A stretch of 64,000 nucleotides of DNA from Gammaproteobacteria bacterium (lineage in GTDB: Bacteria; Pseudomonadota; Gammaproteobacteria; UBA4575). Where the stretch lies: the NCBI GenBank assembly GCA_965221955.1, contig CBDCTA010000029.1, positions 96,001-160,000 on the forward strand, written 5' to 3'. Below, piece by piece: positions 49,846 to 59,863 of this stretch (its first letter is position 1; each line of letters begins with the position of its first letter). Made by a program: the position numbers and the translations under genes. The notes under the pieces were generated by a model that worked only from the letters and a program-made list of their open reading frames with translations, made no database searches and was not told where the DNA came from.

Positions 49846-51130
49846 TATGCCAACAGATTTCTGGGCAGGATGGATTGCTGTTCTAACCATTGTTAGTCTG
49901 CTTGGTTTGGCGTGGTTAGTTTTTAGTATTTATTTTATTGCAAATAAACAAGAGCAAAATGAATCCCCGGTGTGGGATCACACGCTAACCGAAGATAACA
50001 ACCCAGCACCGATGTGGTGGTTTTGGATGACCTTGGGTGCCTTAGTGATCACAGTCGTCTACTTAATATTATATCCAGGGTTAGGCTCATTTAGTGGAAC
50101 ATTAAAATGGTCTCAGCACGGACGTCTTGATCATAGCCTTGGTCGATATAACGAAAAATTTTCTCCCATACGAAAATATATTCTTCAACGCCCTATTGCA
50201 GAAATTAAAAAGAATCAGGCGATTATGGAATCTGCACAACGAGTATTTGTGCAGAACTGTGCGGTTTGCCACGGTGTGGATGGCAAGGGTCAGGCCTTAG
50301 CTTTTCCAAATTTAAAAGACGATGATTGGCAATGGGGAGATACAGAGAATCAAATTGCAGATTCGATTATGCAAGGTCGTCGAGCGGTAATGGTTGGATG
50401 GCAGAATGTAATAGGTGATAAGGGAGTAGAGCAAGTAAAAAACTATGTTAAGACTTTGGCTAGTAAAACAAAGTTAACATCATATAAAGAAGGTAAAGAA
50501 ATTTTTAATAAAAATTGCGCTGCATGTCATGGGTTATTGGGTGAAGGAAATGCGGCACTTGGGGCTCCAAATCTTGCAGACAATATTTGGTTGTATGGGA
50601 GTTCAGATGAGGCTATTACGCAATCCATTGCTTATGGTCGTAGCGGAATGATGCCCTCATTTTCTAGTCGTTTAGATAAAACACAAATTCGCATGCTTAC
50701 GGCTTTATTATTACCAGAGCGTGAATCAACTTTAGTGACAAATCAGATTGAACATGTAGTCAAAAATGAGGCAGAACAAACATTAACACAAGAAACAGCT
50801 TTAGAAACTGATAATTACTTAGGCGATAAAGTATATAAGCAATATTGTGCTTCCTGTCATCAAGTTAATGGAATGGGTGTGCCGGGTGTATTTCCTCCTC
50901 TGATTAATAACGAAACAGTATTAAACAATGACCCAGGTCAACATATAGATGTTGTCTTAAATGGTATTAAAGATAAAGTTATTGCAGGAGTGGCATATCC
51001 AACGCCTATGCCTGGGTTTGCTGCTCAATTAAATGATGAAGAAATTGCAGCCGTGGTAAATCATGAACGTACTAAATGGGGTAATCAAGCAGTACAAATA
51101 AAAATTATTGATGTATCTGCAAGAAGGTAA
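49838..51130 (+). CDS. ccoP: cbb3-type oxidase subunit III with an extra C-terminal cytochrome c domain
   Basis: E.NNPAP.WW, LYPGLG; three heme motifs CAVCH, CAACH and CASCH. Confidence 0.92.
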   Translation: MADMPTDFWAGWIAVLTIVSLLGLAWLVFSIYFIANKQEQNESPVWDHTLTEDNNPAPMWWFWMTLGALVITVVYLILYPGLGSFSGTLKWSQHGRLDHSLGRYNEKFSPIRKYILQRPIAEIKKNQAIMESAQRVFVQNCAVCHGVDGKGQALAFPNLKDDDWQWGDTENQIADSIMQGRRAVMVGWQNVIGDKGVEQVKNYVKTLASKTKLTSYKEGKEIFNKNCAACHGLLGEGNAALGAPNLADNIWLYGSSDEAITQSIAYGRSGMMPSFSSRLDKTQIRMLTALLLPERESTLVTNQIEHVVKNEAEQTLTQETALETDNYLGDKVYKQYCASCHQVNGMGVPGVFPPLINNETVLNNDPGQHIDVVLNGIKDKVIAGVAYPTPMPGFAAQLNDEEIAAVVNHERTKWGNQAVQIKIIDVSARR

Positions 51131-51217
51131 TTTTGATATGGGGAGTAAAGATGCTGGTTTTAATATGTATTATATTTGATTAAAGAAGCATTAGAACTAA
51201 CAAGTTGAGAAATTACT

Positions 51218-51757
51218 ATGTCACAAATTCTAGATAAGTTGCATAAAGATCATACTAACTTCATTAAACTTCTGGAATTTTTAAAACAACAGTTACAACT
51301 TCTAAAAGAATACAAACACTCAGATCTCGAACTTATTTTAGATGCGATTAGGTACATGAAGGAGTACCCAGATCTCATCCATCACCCATTGGAAAATGTG
51401 GTCTTTAAATATTATTTAAAGCACCATAATAAAGTGTATGAAGAAGTCAATGACTTACTCCACGAGCATGATGAAATGCCTCGATTAACTGAAAAACTAA
51501 TTGAAATATTACAAGCTGCTTTATCCGACATGCCTCAAGAAAGGTCTCAGCTCTGTGCGTGTTTAGAAGAGTATATTGCTAAGCAAGTTGAACACATGAA
51601 TCATGAGGAAGTGAGTGTATATCCAGAAATAGATTCTGCGCTTAGTAAGCAAGAATGGCTTGAAATAAAGAGTGAATTAAAAGATATAGAAGACCCATTG
51701 TTTGGGGCGGAAACAAAAAAAATATATAAGGCTTTGTATCAACAAATCATTGGGTGA
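51218..51757 (+). CDS. Hemerythrin-domain protein
   Basis: LHKDH, YPDLIHHPLE, HEH and HMNHEE. Confidence 0.85.
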   Translation: MSQILDKLHKDHTNFIKLLEFLKQQLQLLKEYKHSDLELILDAIRYMKEYPDLIHHPLENVVFKYYLKHHNKVYEEVNDLLHEHDEMPRLTEKLIEILQAALSDMPQERSQLCACLEEYIAKQVEHMNHEEVSVYPEIDSALSKQEWLEIKSELKDIEDPLFGAETKKIYKALYQQIIG

Positions 51758-51811
51758 AATAATTTATGTAAATTTCAGTTTACTGAGTAATTTATAATAA
51801 ACTATTCAACT

Positions 51812-52226
51812 GTGTTTTTTATTATCGCTTCAATGGGTTCTTCAGCGGTACTACTATTTTCAGTACCGCACAGTTCACTTACTCAACCTTGGAATTTAAT
51901 TGCAGGACATATCATCGCTGCAATTGTGGGCGTAAGTTGTGTCAAACTTTTTGGCTCTGAACTCATCGCTGCAGCAGTGAGTGTAGGCGTAACCATGACG
52001 GCATCTCATTTAGCACGCTGTGTTTCATCCTCCTGCGGGCGCAACAACTATTTATGCTGTGATTGGTGGTGCACACGTACATGAAATTGACTACCTTTAT
52101 GTTATTGCACCTGTGCTTATAAACACATTAGTTATTTTCGCAGTAGCAGTTTTATTTAATGGATTGTTTGGCTGGAGGCGATATCCAAAATATATGAGTA
52201 ACAGCAGAGAGGTTGTTTCGGATTAA
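51812..52226 (+). pseudogene. HPP family protein, N-truncated and frameshifted
   Basis: ASMGSSAVLLF..QPWNLIAGH, then HPPAGAT in another frame. Confidence 0.8.
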
Positions 52227-52243
52227 AGTTTCTCAAACTCAAT

Positions 52244-52271
52244 ATGACTGCTTTCGGCCAATAGTGGACAT
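52244..52271 (-). repeat. Type A palindrome (minus strand)
   Basis: Reverse complement ATGTCCACTATTGGCCGAAAGCAGTCAT, 27/28 identical to the A at 38741. Confidence 0.9.
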
Positions 52272-52448
52272 CCATATATCTAGGTTATACCGTATATCAA
52301 AAAATAACTTTTTCCTGTTTTAAATCAGAGCAATTTTGCTAGTTATATGTGTATATTCCACTTATTAAATAGTATGCATGAACATAACTAAATGGCCTGT
52401 ATTCCTCTGTAATACTTTAGGTCAAATATACTTAACAGGTTTATAAAT

Positions 52449-53402
52449 ATGGAAAATAAGGATGTGAAGCTCGTGAGTGTAGATAATGTTGTGGACAATA
52501 CACTTGAATCTTCATTAGATATGGATAGCTCAGCAGAGTTAATAATGAATACTGCTGAAGATGTGTTAACTAAAGAAGAACTACTTGAGCTGCAATCATC
52601 ACGTGACTTTTTTGGTCTACTAAAAAAGAAAGATTATAGCCTTAAAAAATTTAAAAAAGCCCTTGCATATGAAGAAGATCTACGTTTACTACAAGGTGAA
52701 CTGGTAAAACTACAGCGTTGGGCACAAGAAGAACAACGTCGTATTGCGATAATTTATGAAGGGCGTGATGCTGCTGGAAAAGGTGGAACCATACGACGTT
52801 TTGTAGAACATATGAATCCTCGCGCGATGCGAATTGTTGCATTACCTAAGCCAAGTGAAGATGAAGTGGGTCAATGGTATTTTCAGCGTTATGCAAAACA
52901 ATTGCCAAACAAAGGTGAAATCGTGTTTTTCGATCGTAGTTGGTATAACCGTGCGGTGGTGGAACCCGTCAATAAATTCTGCACAGAAAAGCAATATAAA
53001 CAGTTTATGCGTCAAGTGCCGGAATTTGAGCACATGCTCTATGAAGATGGTATAGATCTAATAAAATTCTGGTTTTCGATATCTAAAGAAGAACAGCTTA
53101 AGCGATTTAAGTCGCGTGAAACTAACCCTTTAAAAGTATGGAAACTTAGCCCAATCGATAAACGCGCACAAGAATTATGGGACGACTATACGAAATACAA
53201 GGAGAAGATGTTTAGTCATACACATACTACATTTAGCCCCTGGATTATTGTACAAGCAAATAGCAAAAAATCTGCACGACTAGAAAGTATCCGCCATGTG
53301 CTCTCGAACTTTGATTATGCTGGAAAAGATAGTGCCATCAGTCTTCTGCCTGACCCAAATATCATCATGCGTTATCATCGTTCAACTACGCATATCGACT
53401 AG
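52449..53402 (+). CDS. ppk2: Polyphosphate kinase 2
   Basis: EGRDAAGKGG, QWYFQRY and FDRSWYNRA. Confidence 0.95.
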   Translation: MENKDVKLVSVDNVVDNTLESSLDMDSSAELIMNTAEDVLTKEELLELQSSRDFFGLLKKKDYSLKKFKKALAYEEDLRLLQGELVKLQRWAQEEQRRIAIIYEGRDAAGKGGTIRRFVEHMNPRAMRIVALPKPSEDEVGQWYFQRYAKQLPNKGEIVFFDRSWYNRAVVEPVNKFCTEKQYKQFMRQVPEFEHMLYEDGIDLIKFWFSISKEEQLKRFKSRETNPLKVWKLSPIDKRAQELWDDYTKYKEKMFSHTHTTFSPWIIVQANSKKSARLESIRHVLSNFDYAGKDSAISLLPDPNIIMRYHRSTTHID

Positions 53403-53448
53403 ATCCTTGAATAACTGAAATTTTATATAAAAATTTTGTTATCTTTGA

Positions 53449-53542
53449 GTGTCTGCTTTGGGTTGTAAGCAGACATTTTAAATAAGAATTAAATCAGTTG
53501 CGGCATGAATGCTGTAACTCTTATTCGCTATCCCTATGCTCA
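53449..53542 (-). repeat. Leader L3 (53542-53492) plus type B palindrome (53476-53449), minus strand
   Basis: Reverse complement TGAGCATAGGGATAGCGAATAAGAGTTACAGCATTCATGCCGCAACTGATT..ATGTCTGCTTACAACCCAAAGCAGACAC. Confidence 0.8.
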
Positions 53543-54283
53543 CCAATAACTCTCTGTAGTGATATGCCCAGGGCTGCGGCGTAAATTTTTCTTAAGTCCT
53601 TTTTCTTTTAACGCATTACGTGTATCAACCAACATGTCAGGATTACCGCACATCATCACTTGAGAAAACGTAGGTGATATTTGTAATTTAGTCTTTTCTT
53701 CTAAACTCTTATTTTCAATTGCAGCAGGTATGCGACCAGGCATTGCAAAATTAGTTTCTTCTCGACTTACAAATGAAACCATTTGGAATCGGTCTTTAAA
53801 TTCTTTCTCAAAATTTGCAATGGTATTTTTATATGTCAGTTCATTTGCAAACCGAACAGCATGCACTAAAACAATATTTTCAAAACGATGCCATACTTCT
53901 TCAGATTTAAGAATGGATAAAAAAGGTCCAAGAGCAGTGCCAGTTGCCATCATCCACATATCACGGCCTTCTGGTACTTCGTTTAATGTAAAGAAACCAT
54001 TGACCCGTTTATCAATGTAGATTAAATCACCAGCACGTAATTCTGCGAGTCTTGGTGAAAGCGGGCCTTCAGAAACTGTGATGGAGTAAAACTCTAGCAG
54101 TGATTCATGTGGTGCATTTACAAATGAGTAAGGTCGTCCAACGATTTGGTCACCAATTTCTAAGCCAAGTCTTCCGTATTGGCCCGCAGTAAACGGGTCA
54201 ATATCTGCTTCTATTTGAAGAGAATAAAGCAAATCTGTCCAATGCTTATTCTCGATAACTTTTCCTTTTACCCAATTACTCAT
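53540..54283 (-). CDS. fpr: Ferredoxin--NADP+ reductase
   Basis: FTAGQY, RPYS, GPLSPRL, ATGTALGPF, MCGNP and C-terminal ESYW. Confidence 0.93.
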   Translation of the reverse strand: MSNWVKGKVIENKHWTDLLYSLQIEADIDPFTAGQYGRLGLEIGDQIVGRPYSFVNAPHESLLEFYSITVSEGPLSPRLAELRAGDLIYIDKRVNGFFTLNEVPEGRDMWMMATGTALGPFLSILKSEEVWHRFENIVLVHAVRFANELTYKNTIANFEKEFKDRFQMVSFVSREETNFAMPGRIPAAIENKSLEEKTKLQISPTFSQVMMCGNPDMLVDTRNALKEKGLKKNLRRSPGHITTESYW

Positions 54284-54438
54284 AAAAATATTCGTGTTTG
54301 TAATAAAACGTTTTGAGAGGCAGGATCAGGCAACATAGTGCTGTAGTTGCTAAAAAGCAACTACTCATGCATAGATATAAGCTTAGTTATACTAAGCGTA
54401 AACTATGCATCAAATGTAAAAAGTGATAGCTGAGAGAA

Positions 54439-55083
54439 TTATTTACTTACGGGTAAGTTTGTCTCAGGTGCGTTGGTTTTGCCATTAAATCGGTTCACGA
54501 AGAACTGTAAAACGCGTTTAATTCCGCGCCACAGTTTTGGTAATAACCAAATCATAAGCAGGATAAACACTGCAAGTAATGCAATAAATATATAAGGATG
54601 CTCAATGGCAGCCCAGATGCCTGCAAATACTGCAATGTCTTCTACTAATGAAGCTGTCCAGTTGGTAACCGGTTCGGGTGAAGTATTTATCATCACTCGG
54701 CTTCCAGCCTTTGTGAAATGAGTACCAGCTGCTACAGAGCCTCCGACGATTGCTGCAGCTAATTCTGCAGCCGGCGTGACGTCTCCGATCATGCCGGCTG
54801 CGAGTAATGCGCCTGCAGGTATGCGCACAAATGTATGTAAAGTATCCCAGCCTGTGTCTACTCCGGGAACTTTATCGGCAAAAAATTCTACGCCGTACAT
54901 TAAACCAGCCGCTGCAATTACGAGAGGATCACCGATAATTTGCAAATCCGCAGGTAAATCAACATAACCCGTGTTCGACATAATGCCGAGTGCAAGTAAT
55001 GTTCCATATAGGTTGATACCACTGGCCCAGGCGACACCCATGGTAAGTGCAATGGTTTGTACAAGCGTTGAATATTCTTCCAT
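54439..55083 (-). CDS. DUF4126 membrane protein
   Basis: WASGINLY, EFFADKVPGVD..WD and NTSPEP. Confidence 0.88.
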   Translation of the reverse strand: MEEYSTLVQTIALTMGVAWASGINLYGTLLALGIMSNTGYVDLPADLQIIGDPLVIAAAGLMYGVEFFADKVPGVDTGWDTLHTFVRIPAGALLAAGMIGDVTPAAELAAAIVGGSVAAGTHFTKAGSRVMINTSPEPVTNWTASLVEDIAVFAGIWAAIEHPYIFIALLAVFILLMIWLLPKLWRGIKRVLQFFVNRFNGKTNAPETNLPVSK

Positions 55084-55238
55084 TTTTTGCCTTTACGTGT
55101 TCCAGGTACTAATTATGACTTCGAAAAATGTAATTAGTGCCTTAAATTACAAAAGCTTAACGTAAAATTTTGTAAGGAAAAAAGGCATGTTTTTCAAGGT
55201 TAATCTTGAAATTACTAAGTGTTGCCCCCATATTGCTA

Positions 55239-55568
55239 CTAAAGAAGTGGGATAAGACAGAGCTCAATTCGATTATTCTTTATTCTGACAGGGTAACGTT
55301 GGAGTGCTTGGGTTGCAGGTTTCTCCATGGGTTCGCCGGTGCGAACGTTAAAACGGCTACCATGTAAGGTACAGCTAACAAGCTCACTTTTTAAGCAACC
55401 TAGAGATAACGATGAATCTTCATGTGTACACATATCGTCAACGGCATATAGTTTGCCCTCAACATTGGCTAATAAGATGTCTCCTATTTCAGTAGAAACT
55501 TTTTTAGTTGTACCTATTGGTAAATGTTCTACAGACATAATGTCTATGAAGTTAATATCTTTATTCAT
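55239..55568 (-). CDS. Rieske-type [2Fe-2S] ferredoxin
   Basis: CTH..CTLHGSRF. Confidence 0.9.
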   Translation of the reverse strand: MNKDINFIDIMSVEHLPIGTTKKVSTEIGDILLANVEGKLYAVDDMCTHEDSSLSLGCLKSELVSCTLHGSRFNVRTGEPMEKPATQALQRYPVRIKNNRIELCLIPLL

Positions 55569-55605
55569 GCCAATTTTTAAAAAGCAATTTTAAATTGATC
55601 TAATC

Positions 55606-55845
55606 ATGCCGTACTTTATATATAAAATCACTTCTGGTTCAGCAGGTGCGATTAAAAGTCTTGAGCTTGTTGATCAATATGATGAATTTAAAGTAGCTAA
55701 AAAAACGATACGAGAAAAACGCCCTGAAGTAGAACAAGATAGTCGCACAGTTTTAAAAATGATTTTTGCAGAAAACGAATTTGAGGCTGAACAACGACTA
55801 AGTGCACCTCGTGATGCACCCATCTTGCGAGAGTGGGAAAAATAA
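55606..55845 (+). CDS. Conserved hypothetical protein
   Basis: 79-aa ORF MPYFIYKI..KMIFAEN..AE. Confidence 0.7.
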   Translation: MPYFIYKITSGSAGAIKSLELVDQYDEFKVAKKTIREKRPEVEQDSRTVLKMIFAENEFEAEQRLSAPRDAPILREWEK

Positions 55846-55878
55846 ATTACCTTTATGCCACATTCATAGAAGCAAGTT

Positions 55879-56352
55879 ATGGATGAGCAACACTATCGAA
55901 ACACCTATAGCAGTATTAATCCTCAACGCTGTGTGTTTGAAAAAGCAATTAATTCACGAGTTTGTAACTGTGATAAATCACAACGTTTTAATTTAGCCGA
56001 TCGCGAAGGAGTAGCTTGTAAATCTGCGACTGCACTTGCGCGTTGTGAAGAGCTTCTTGAACGTCTACATGCTAATGCTCGTTTTACTTTGCAACGTCTT
56101 GATGTTGATCAACTTGGTCATGCGCAAGAGATTAAAATACAAAATGGAGGGTTACTGGGTCTTTACACTAATCTCACAAATACAACTCAAAGCAACGTAA
56201 ATGATATTGATTCAGTTGTATCTGCAGCAGAAAATAATTACGGCAGTATAAAAGACTTTCCATATTCGAAGATTATGCAGGTAATCAGTGCTTATCACAT
56301 CCGAGGCAAAAGAATGGCAAATAATAAAGCGAGACCTAAAAAAGAAATTTAA
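55879..56352 (+). CDS. Cys-containing conserved hypothetical protein
   Basis: CVFEKAI..CNC..LADREGVAC. Confidence 0.7.
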   Translation: MDEQHYRNTYSSINPQRCVFEKAINSRVCNCDKSQRFNLADREGVACKSATALARCEELLERLHANARFTLQRLDVDQLGHAQEIKIQNGGLLGLYTNLTNTTQSNVNDIDSVVSAAENNYGSIKDFPYSKIMQVISAYHIRGKRMANNKARPKKEI

Positions 56353-56358
56353 AGCTGT

Positions 56359-56961
56359 ATGCCGCGTCTAACTAAATTAGATCAGTTGTTAACAAACGTG
56401 CGATCTTGTCGTGCATGTGAAGCACACCTGCCTTTAGGGCCAAAACCAGTTTTGCGTGCCAAGCGTAGCGCAAAAATATTAGTAATCGGACAAGCGCCTG
56501 GTACTAAGGTGCATGAAAGTGGTATCCCATGGAATGATGCAAGTGGTAAGCGTTTGCGTGAGTGGATGAAAGTATCAGACGATGTATTTTATGATCAAAG
56601 TAAGGTAGCGATTATTCCTATGGGATTTTGCTATCCTGGTAAAGGTCCATCTGGTGATTTACCTCCACGAGAGGAATGCGCAACGCTTTGGCATAAAATA
56701 CTTTTAGACCACTTGCCCAAAATCAAAGTAACATTGTTAATTGGACAATATGCTCAAAGATATTATTTAGGTAATTCAGAGTATTATAGCCATACTACCG
56801 TTACCGAGACGGTAAAAAATTGGAAAAAATTTGCACCAAATTATTTTCCATTGCCACATCCTTCGCCAAGGAATACATTATGGCTGAAGAGAAATAGTTG
56901 GTTTGAACAAAAAACCATTCCTCAGTTGCGTAAAAATATACGCATGATATTGAATGGCTAA
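56359..56961 (+). CDS. Uracil-DNA glycosylase superfamily protein
   Basis: CRAC, GQAPG, MGFCYPG and LPHPSPRN. Confidence 0.9.
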   Translation: MPRLTKLDQLLTNVRSCRACEAHLPLGPKPVLRAKRSAKILVIGQAPGTKVHESGIPWNDASGKRLREWMKVSDDVFYDQSKVAIIPMGFCYPGKGPSGDLPPREECATLWHKILLDHLPKIKVTLLIGQYAQRYYLGNSEYYSHTTVTETVKNWKKFAPNYFPLPHPSPRNTLWLKRNSWFEQKTIPQLRKNIRMILNG

Positions 56962-56981
56962 TCTTGTTTTAGGAGCTATCT

Positions 56982-57368
56982 ATGTCGGAAAACGAATCAA
57001 AAGCAGAGCATTCACAAATACTCAGCACGGGTATTGAAAACTATGAAAACTTAAAAGATATCACTACGCTTGTGTATCTTTTACAAGCCATTGCTTTTGT
57101 TGGTTTCACTCCTATTATTGCTGTGATCATTAATTATTTTAAAAAGAGTGAAGTCAAAGGCTCTATTTTAGAAAGCCATTTTCGCTGGCAAATTCGTACC
57201 TTCTGGTGGGGGTTATTATGGTTTGCTCTAGCGGCTTTATTTAATTGGACCCTTATCGGAGTTGTCGTTGGTATACCCATATTTGTTGTGGCAACAGTTT
57301 GGTGGTTCTATCGCATTGTGAAAGGCTGGTTAACTTTGAATAAAGATCGACCGATATATACATCATAA
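56982..57368 (+). CDS. DUF4870-like membrane protein
   Basis: SHFRWQIRTFW and YRIVKGW. Confidence 0.8.
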   Translation: MSENESKAEHSQILSTGIENYENLKDITTLVYLLQAIAFVGFTPIIAVIINYFKKSEVKGSILESHFRWQIRTFWWGLLWFALAALFNWTLIGVVVGIPIFVVATVWWFYRIVKGWLTLNKDRPIYTS

Positions 57369-57524
57369 TTTTATTACCGCTCATCCGAGTTAGGAAAATA
57401 AAAAATTATATAAAACAATAGGTTATTATATTTTTAAGAACCTATCTATATTGGTATATTATAAATTACTTATATAGAAGTTATCCTTACCTCATTAAAA
57501 ATTTAAACCATTTGTGAGGATGAA

Positions 57525-57725
57525 GTGATGGAAAACTTTTTCAATAAGGTAAATAAGGTAGATACCAATGCTACTTATCACAACCCCTATTCATTTTTAA
57601 CTAGAGAAGTAAACACTACTGGTAGATCTAAAAGATTAGGTGATTTTGTAACAACTCTATGGCTAGAAACAGCAGGCCTTACTGTATTTATGTCAACGGT
57701 TGCACTAATCCCTACGTTTTTTTAG
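57525..57725 (+). CDS. Small hypothetical protein
   Basis: GAGG RBS, C-terminal hydrophobic segment, downstream terminator. Confidence 0.45.
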   Translation: MMENFFNKVNKVDTNATYHNPYSFLTREVNTTGRSKRLGDFVTTLWLETAGLTVFMSTVALIPTFF

Positions 57726-57777
57726 AAATTTAATGAGTACATAATTTAAGGAAGAAACTACATATATGGATAGTTTA

Positions 57778-57813
57778 GACCGGCTGTGATGGAAACATCA
57801 CAGTCGGTTTTTT
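57778..57813 (+). terminator. Rho-independent terminator
   Basis: GACCGGCTGTGATG-GAAA-CATCACAGTCGGTT followed by a T run. Confidence 0.85.
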
Positions 57814-57893
57814 ATTGCTTGTATGCTTTATATGCAAACTTACTCGGGAACTCGAGCGAACAGGATGACTCTAAATTTTCACACTTATGAATA

Positions 57894-58715
57894 ATGAAAA
57901 TAATGACTATTATGAAAAATATTCTTGCTCTGTTTATTTTTTTAAGTGCAACTTCATTAGTACAAGCAGATACATTGGTGTTATTACATGGTTACTTGGG
58001 CTCATCACAAGATTGGAAACATTCCGGCGTTGTTCAGCAACTCGATGAAGCAGGTTGGCGAGATGCAGGAGTGTTGTTAATTCGCCAAGAGCGTGTGGTA
58101 GCAAGTAACGAAAAAAATAAATACATTAGACGTTTATATGGTGTTGAACTAGCAAGTGAACAATCAATTGATACTCAAGCTGATCAGCTTGATCAATATA
58201 TAGAATATATTCGCCACTTACACCCTGGAGAACAAATCATATTAATTGGTCACTCTGCGGGCGGAGTGGTTGCGCGTTTATATATGGTGAAAAAACCCAG
58301 CTCGGATCTAGGAGCCTTGGTGACGATTGCTAGCCCACACCTGGGTACAGAAAAAGCGGCGTATGCACAAGCAGTTTCAGAAAACTTATTAGTGTGGGTA
58401 GAAGCACTTCCTGGAGTAGGGAAGCTATATCGGTCACAAGGATTGTTTTTTGATTTAATCCCTAATCGTTCTGATAATTTGATTGGTTGGTTAAATTATC
58501 AAGAACACCCGTCAGCTCGTTATTACTCAATCGTTAGAGAGGAAACGGATGATGCTATGCAAGATTTTGTCGTTCCAAGTTGGAGTCAAGATATGAATGA
58601 GGTATATGCGCTACGTGGGCGGTGCGATAGTTATAAAATAAAAAGTATGCATAGTTTGACATACAAAGATGGTGAACTGATCAAAAATATACTTATTGAT
58701 ATTTATACTATTTGA
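57894..58715 (+). CDS. Secreted alpha/beta hydrolase (lipase-like)
   Basis: LLHGYLG, GHSAGG and IASPHLG. Confidence 0.85.
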   Translation: MKIMTIMKNILALFIFLSATSLVQADTLVLLHGYLGSSQDWKHSGVVQQLDEAGWRDAGVLLIRQERVVASNEKNKYIRRLYGVELASEQSIDTQADQLDQYIEYIRHLHPGEQIILIGHSAGGVVARLYMVKKPSSDLGALVTIASPHLGTEKAAYAQAVSENLLVWVEALPGVGKLYRSQGLFFDLIPNRSDNLIGWLNYQEHPSARYYSIVREETDDAMQDFVVPSWSQDMNEVYALRGRCDSYKIKSMHSLTYKDGELIKNILIDIYTI

Positions 58716-59246
58716 TTGGATGCAGATATTTTGAAAGTACTTTATGCATTAGTTTGTGTAATATTTTTGGTTTCTATTTCTGCATGCGCAACCCCAAGTG
58801 CTGTTGAAAAGAAAAAGACAAGTACTAAACTGTATTCGAGTCAATCAAGTCAGTTTGAGAAAAATTTCTTAATAGCCGTAAATCAAGTTAGATCAAAAGC
58901 TAGGAAGTGTGGGAAACAGTTATTTACAGTGGCGCCTGCACTGCGTTTAAGTAATGACTTAAATAAAGCAGCGCATAAGCATTCTCTAGATATGTATGAA
59001 AATCGCTTTTTAGAACACACCAGCTCAAATGGCGATACTATAGTAGAGCGTATGCAAGCGATCGATTATTCATGGAAGGCAGTTGGTGAAAATATTGCGC
59101 ATAATCAAAAAACGATAGGGCAAGTAATCGAAGATTGGTTAAGTAGCCCTGGGCATTGTAGCAACTTAATGTCTGCAGATTACACTGAAACGGGTATAGC
59201 ACAGGTGAACTGGTATTGGACGCAAGTTTACGCCCGACCTAAATAG
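58716..59246 (+). CDS. CAP-domain lipoprotein
   Basis: Lipobox ISAC; GENIA and WLSSPGHC. Confidence 0.88.
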   Translation: MDADILKVLYALVCVIFLVSISACATPSAVEKKKTSTKLYSSQSSQFEKNFLIAVNQVRSKARKCGKQLFTVAPALRLSNDLNKAAHKHSLDMYENRFLEHTSSNGDTIVERMQAIDYSWKAVGENIAHNQKTIGQVIEDWLSSPGHCSNLMSADYTETGIAQVNWYWTQVYARPK

Positions 59247-59304
59247 AAAAATGGATTAATTAAAAGATTAAAATAGTAAACATTGTGTTGAGATTAGGTG
59301 CAAT

Positions 59305-59622
59305 TTAATCGCGTGCGCGACCCATCGCATCTTTAGCAATGTCGTTCGCATAGAACTCACGAATTTGTGCAACAGGTTCAATACGATTTGCGCCTGAACC
59401 GGTTAAGCATTGATCTTTTTTGTCTACTGCCCACATTACATAAGCAGTAAATCCTACAAAGTCTTCAGGAAGCTGATCTTTATGTGGGATACCGGTGTGT
59501 TCTACTCGGTCACCCTTTAATTCTTTTTTAATACGAGCCAGTTCGTTTTTAAGATCGTTAACATCTTCGCCGTCCCATTGGCCGACTACTTCGCCTTTTC
59601 TGCTTATTATATCGTTAGACAT
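59305..59622 (-). CDS. Hypothetical protein
   Basis: 105-aa ORF with host-like codon usage and an RBS. Confidence 0.7.
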   Translation of the reverse strand: MSNDIISRKGEVVGQWDGEDVNDLKNELARIKKELKGDRVEHTGIPHKDQLPEDFVGFTAYVMWAVDKKDQCLTGSGANRIEPVAQIREFYANDIAKDAMGRARD

Positions 59623-59811
59623 GTTATCCCTTGTTTAGTAGTTATGAAAATTTCAGTAAATAAATTCTGTTACATGAAACTTGTTATTTCAAGTTAGGAT
59701 TAAATGGTCGTTCAAATTGATGTGGATGAAGATCTAGGCATGGTAGGTTTTGAGGCAACAATTAACACTACTTGGGCAGTATTGTAGAAATTTATTTTGA
59801 TAGATAATCTT

Positions 59812-59838
59812 AAAACGCGGTTATTAATGCCGCGTTTT
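59812..59838 (-). terminator. Terminator after the CbbQ-like gene
   Basis: AAAACGCGG..CCGCGTTTT. Confidence 0.7.
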
Positions 59839-59863
59839 TGTTTGTGTAGGTAAAAGTAATAAG

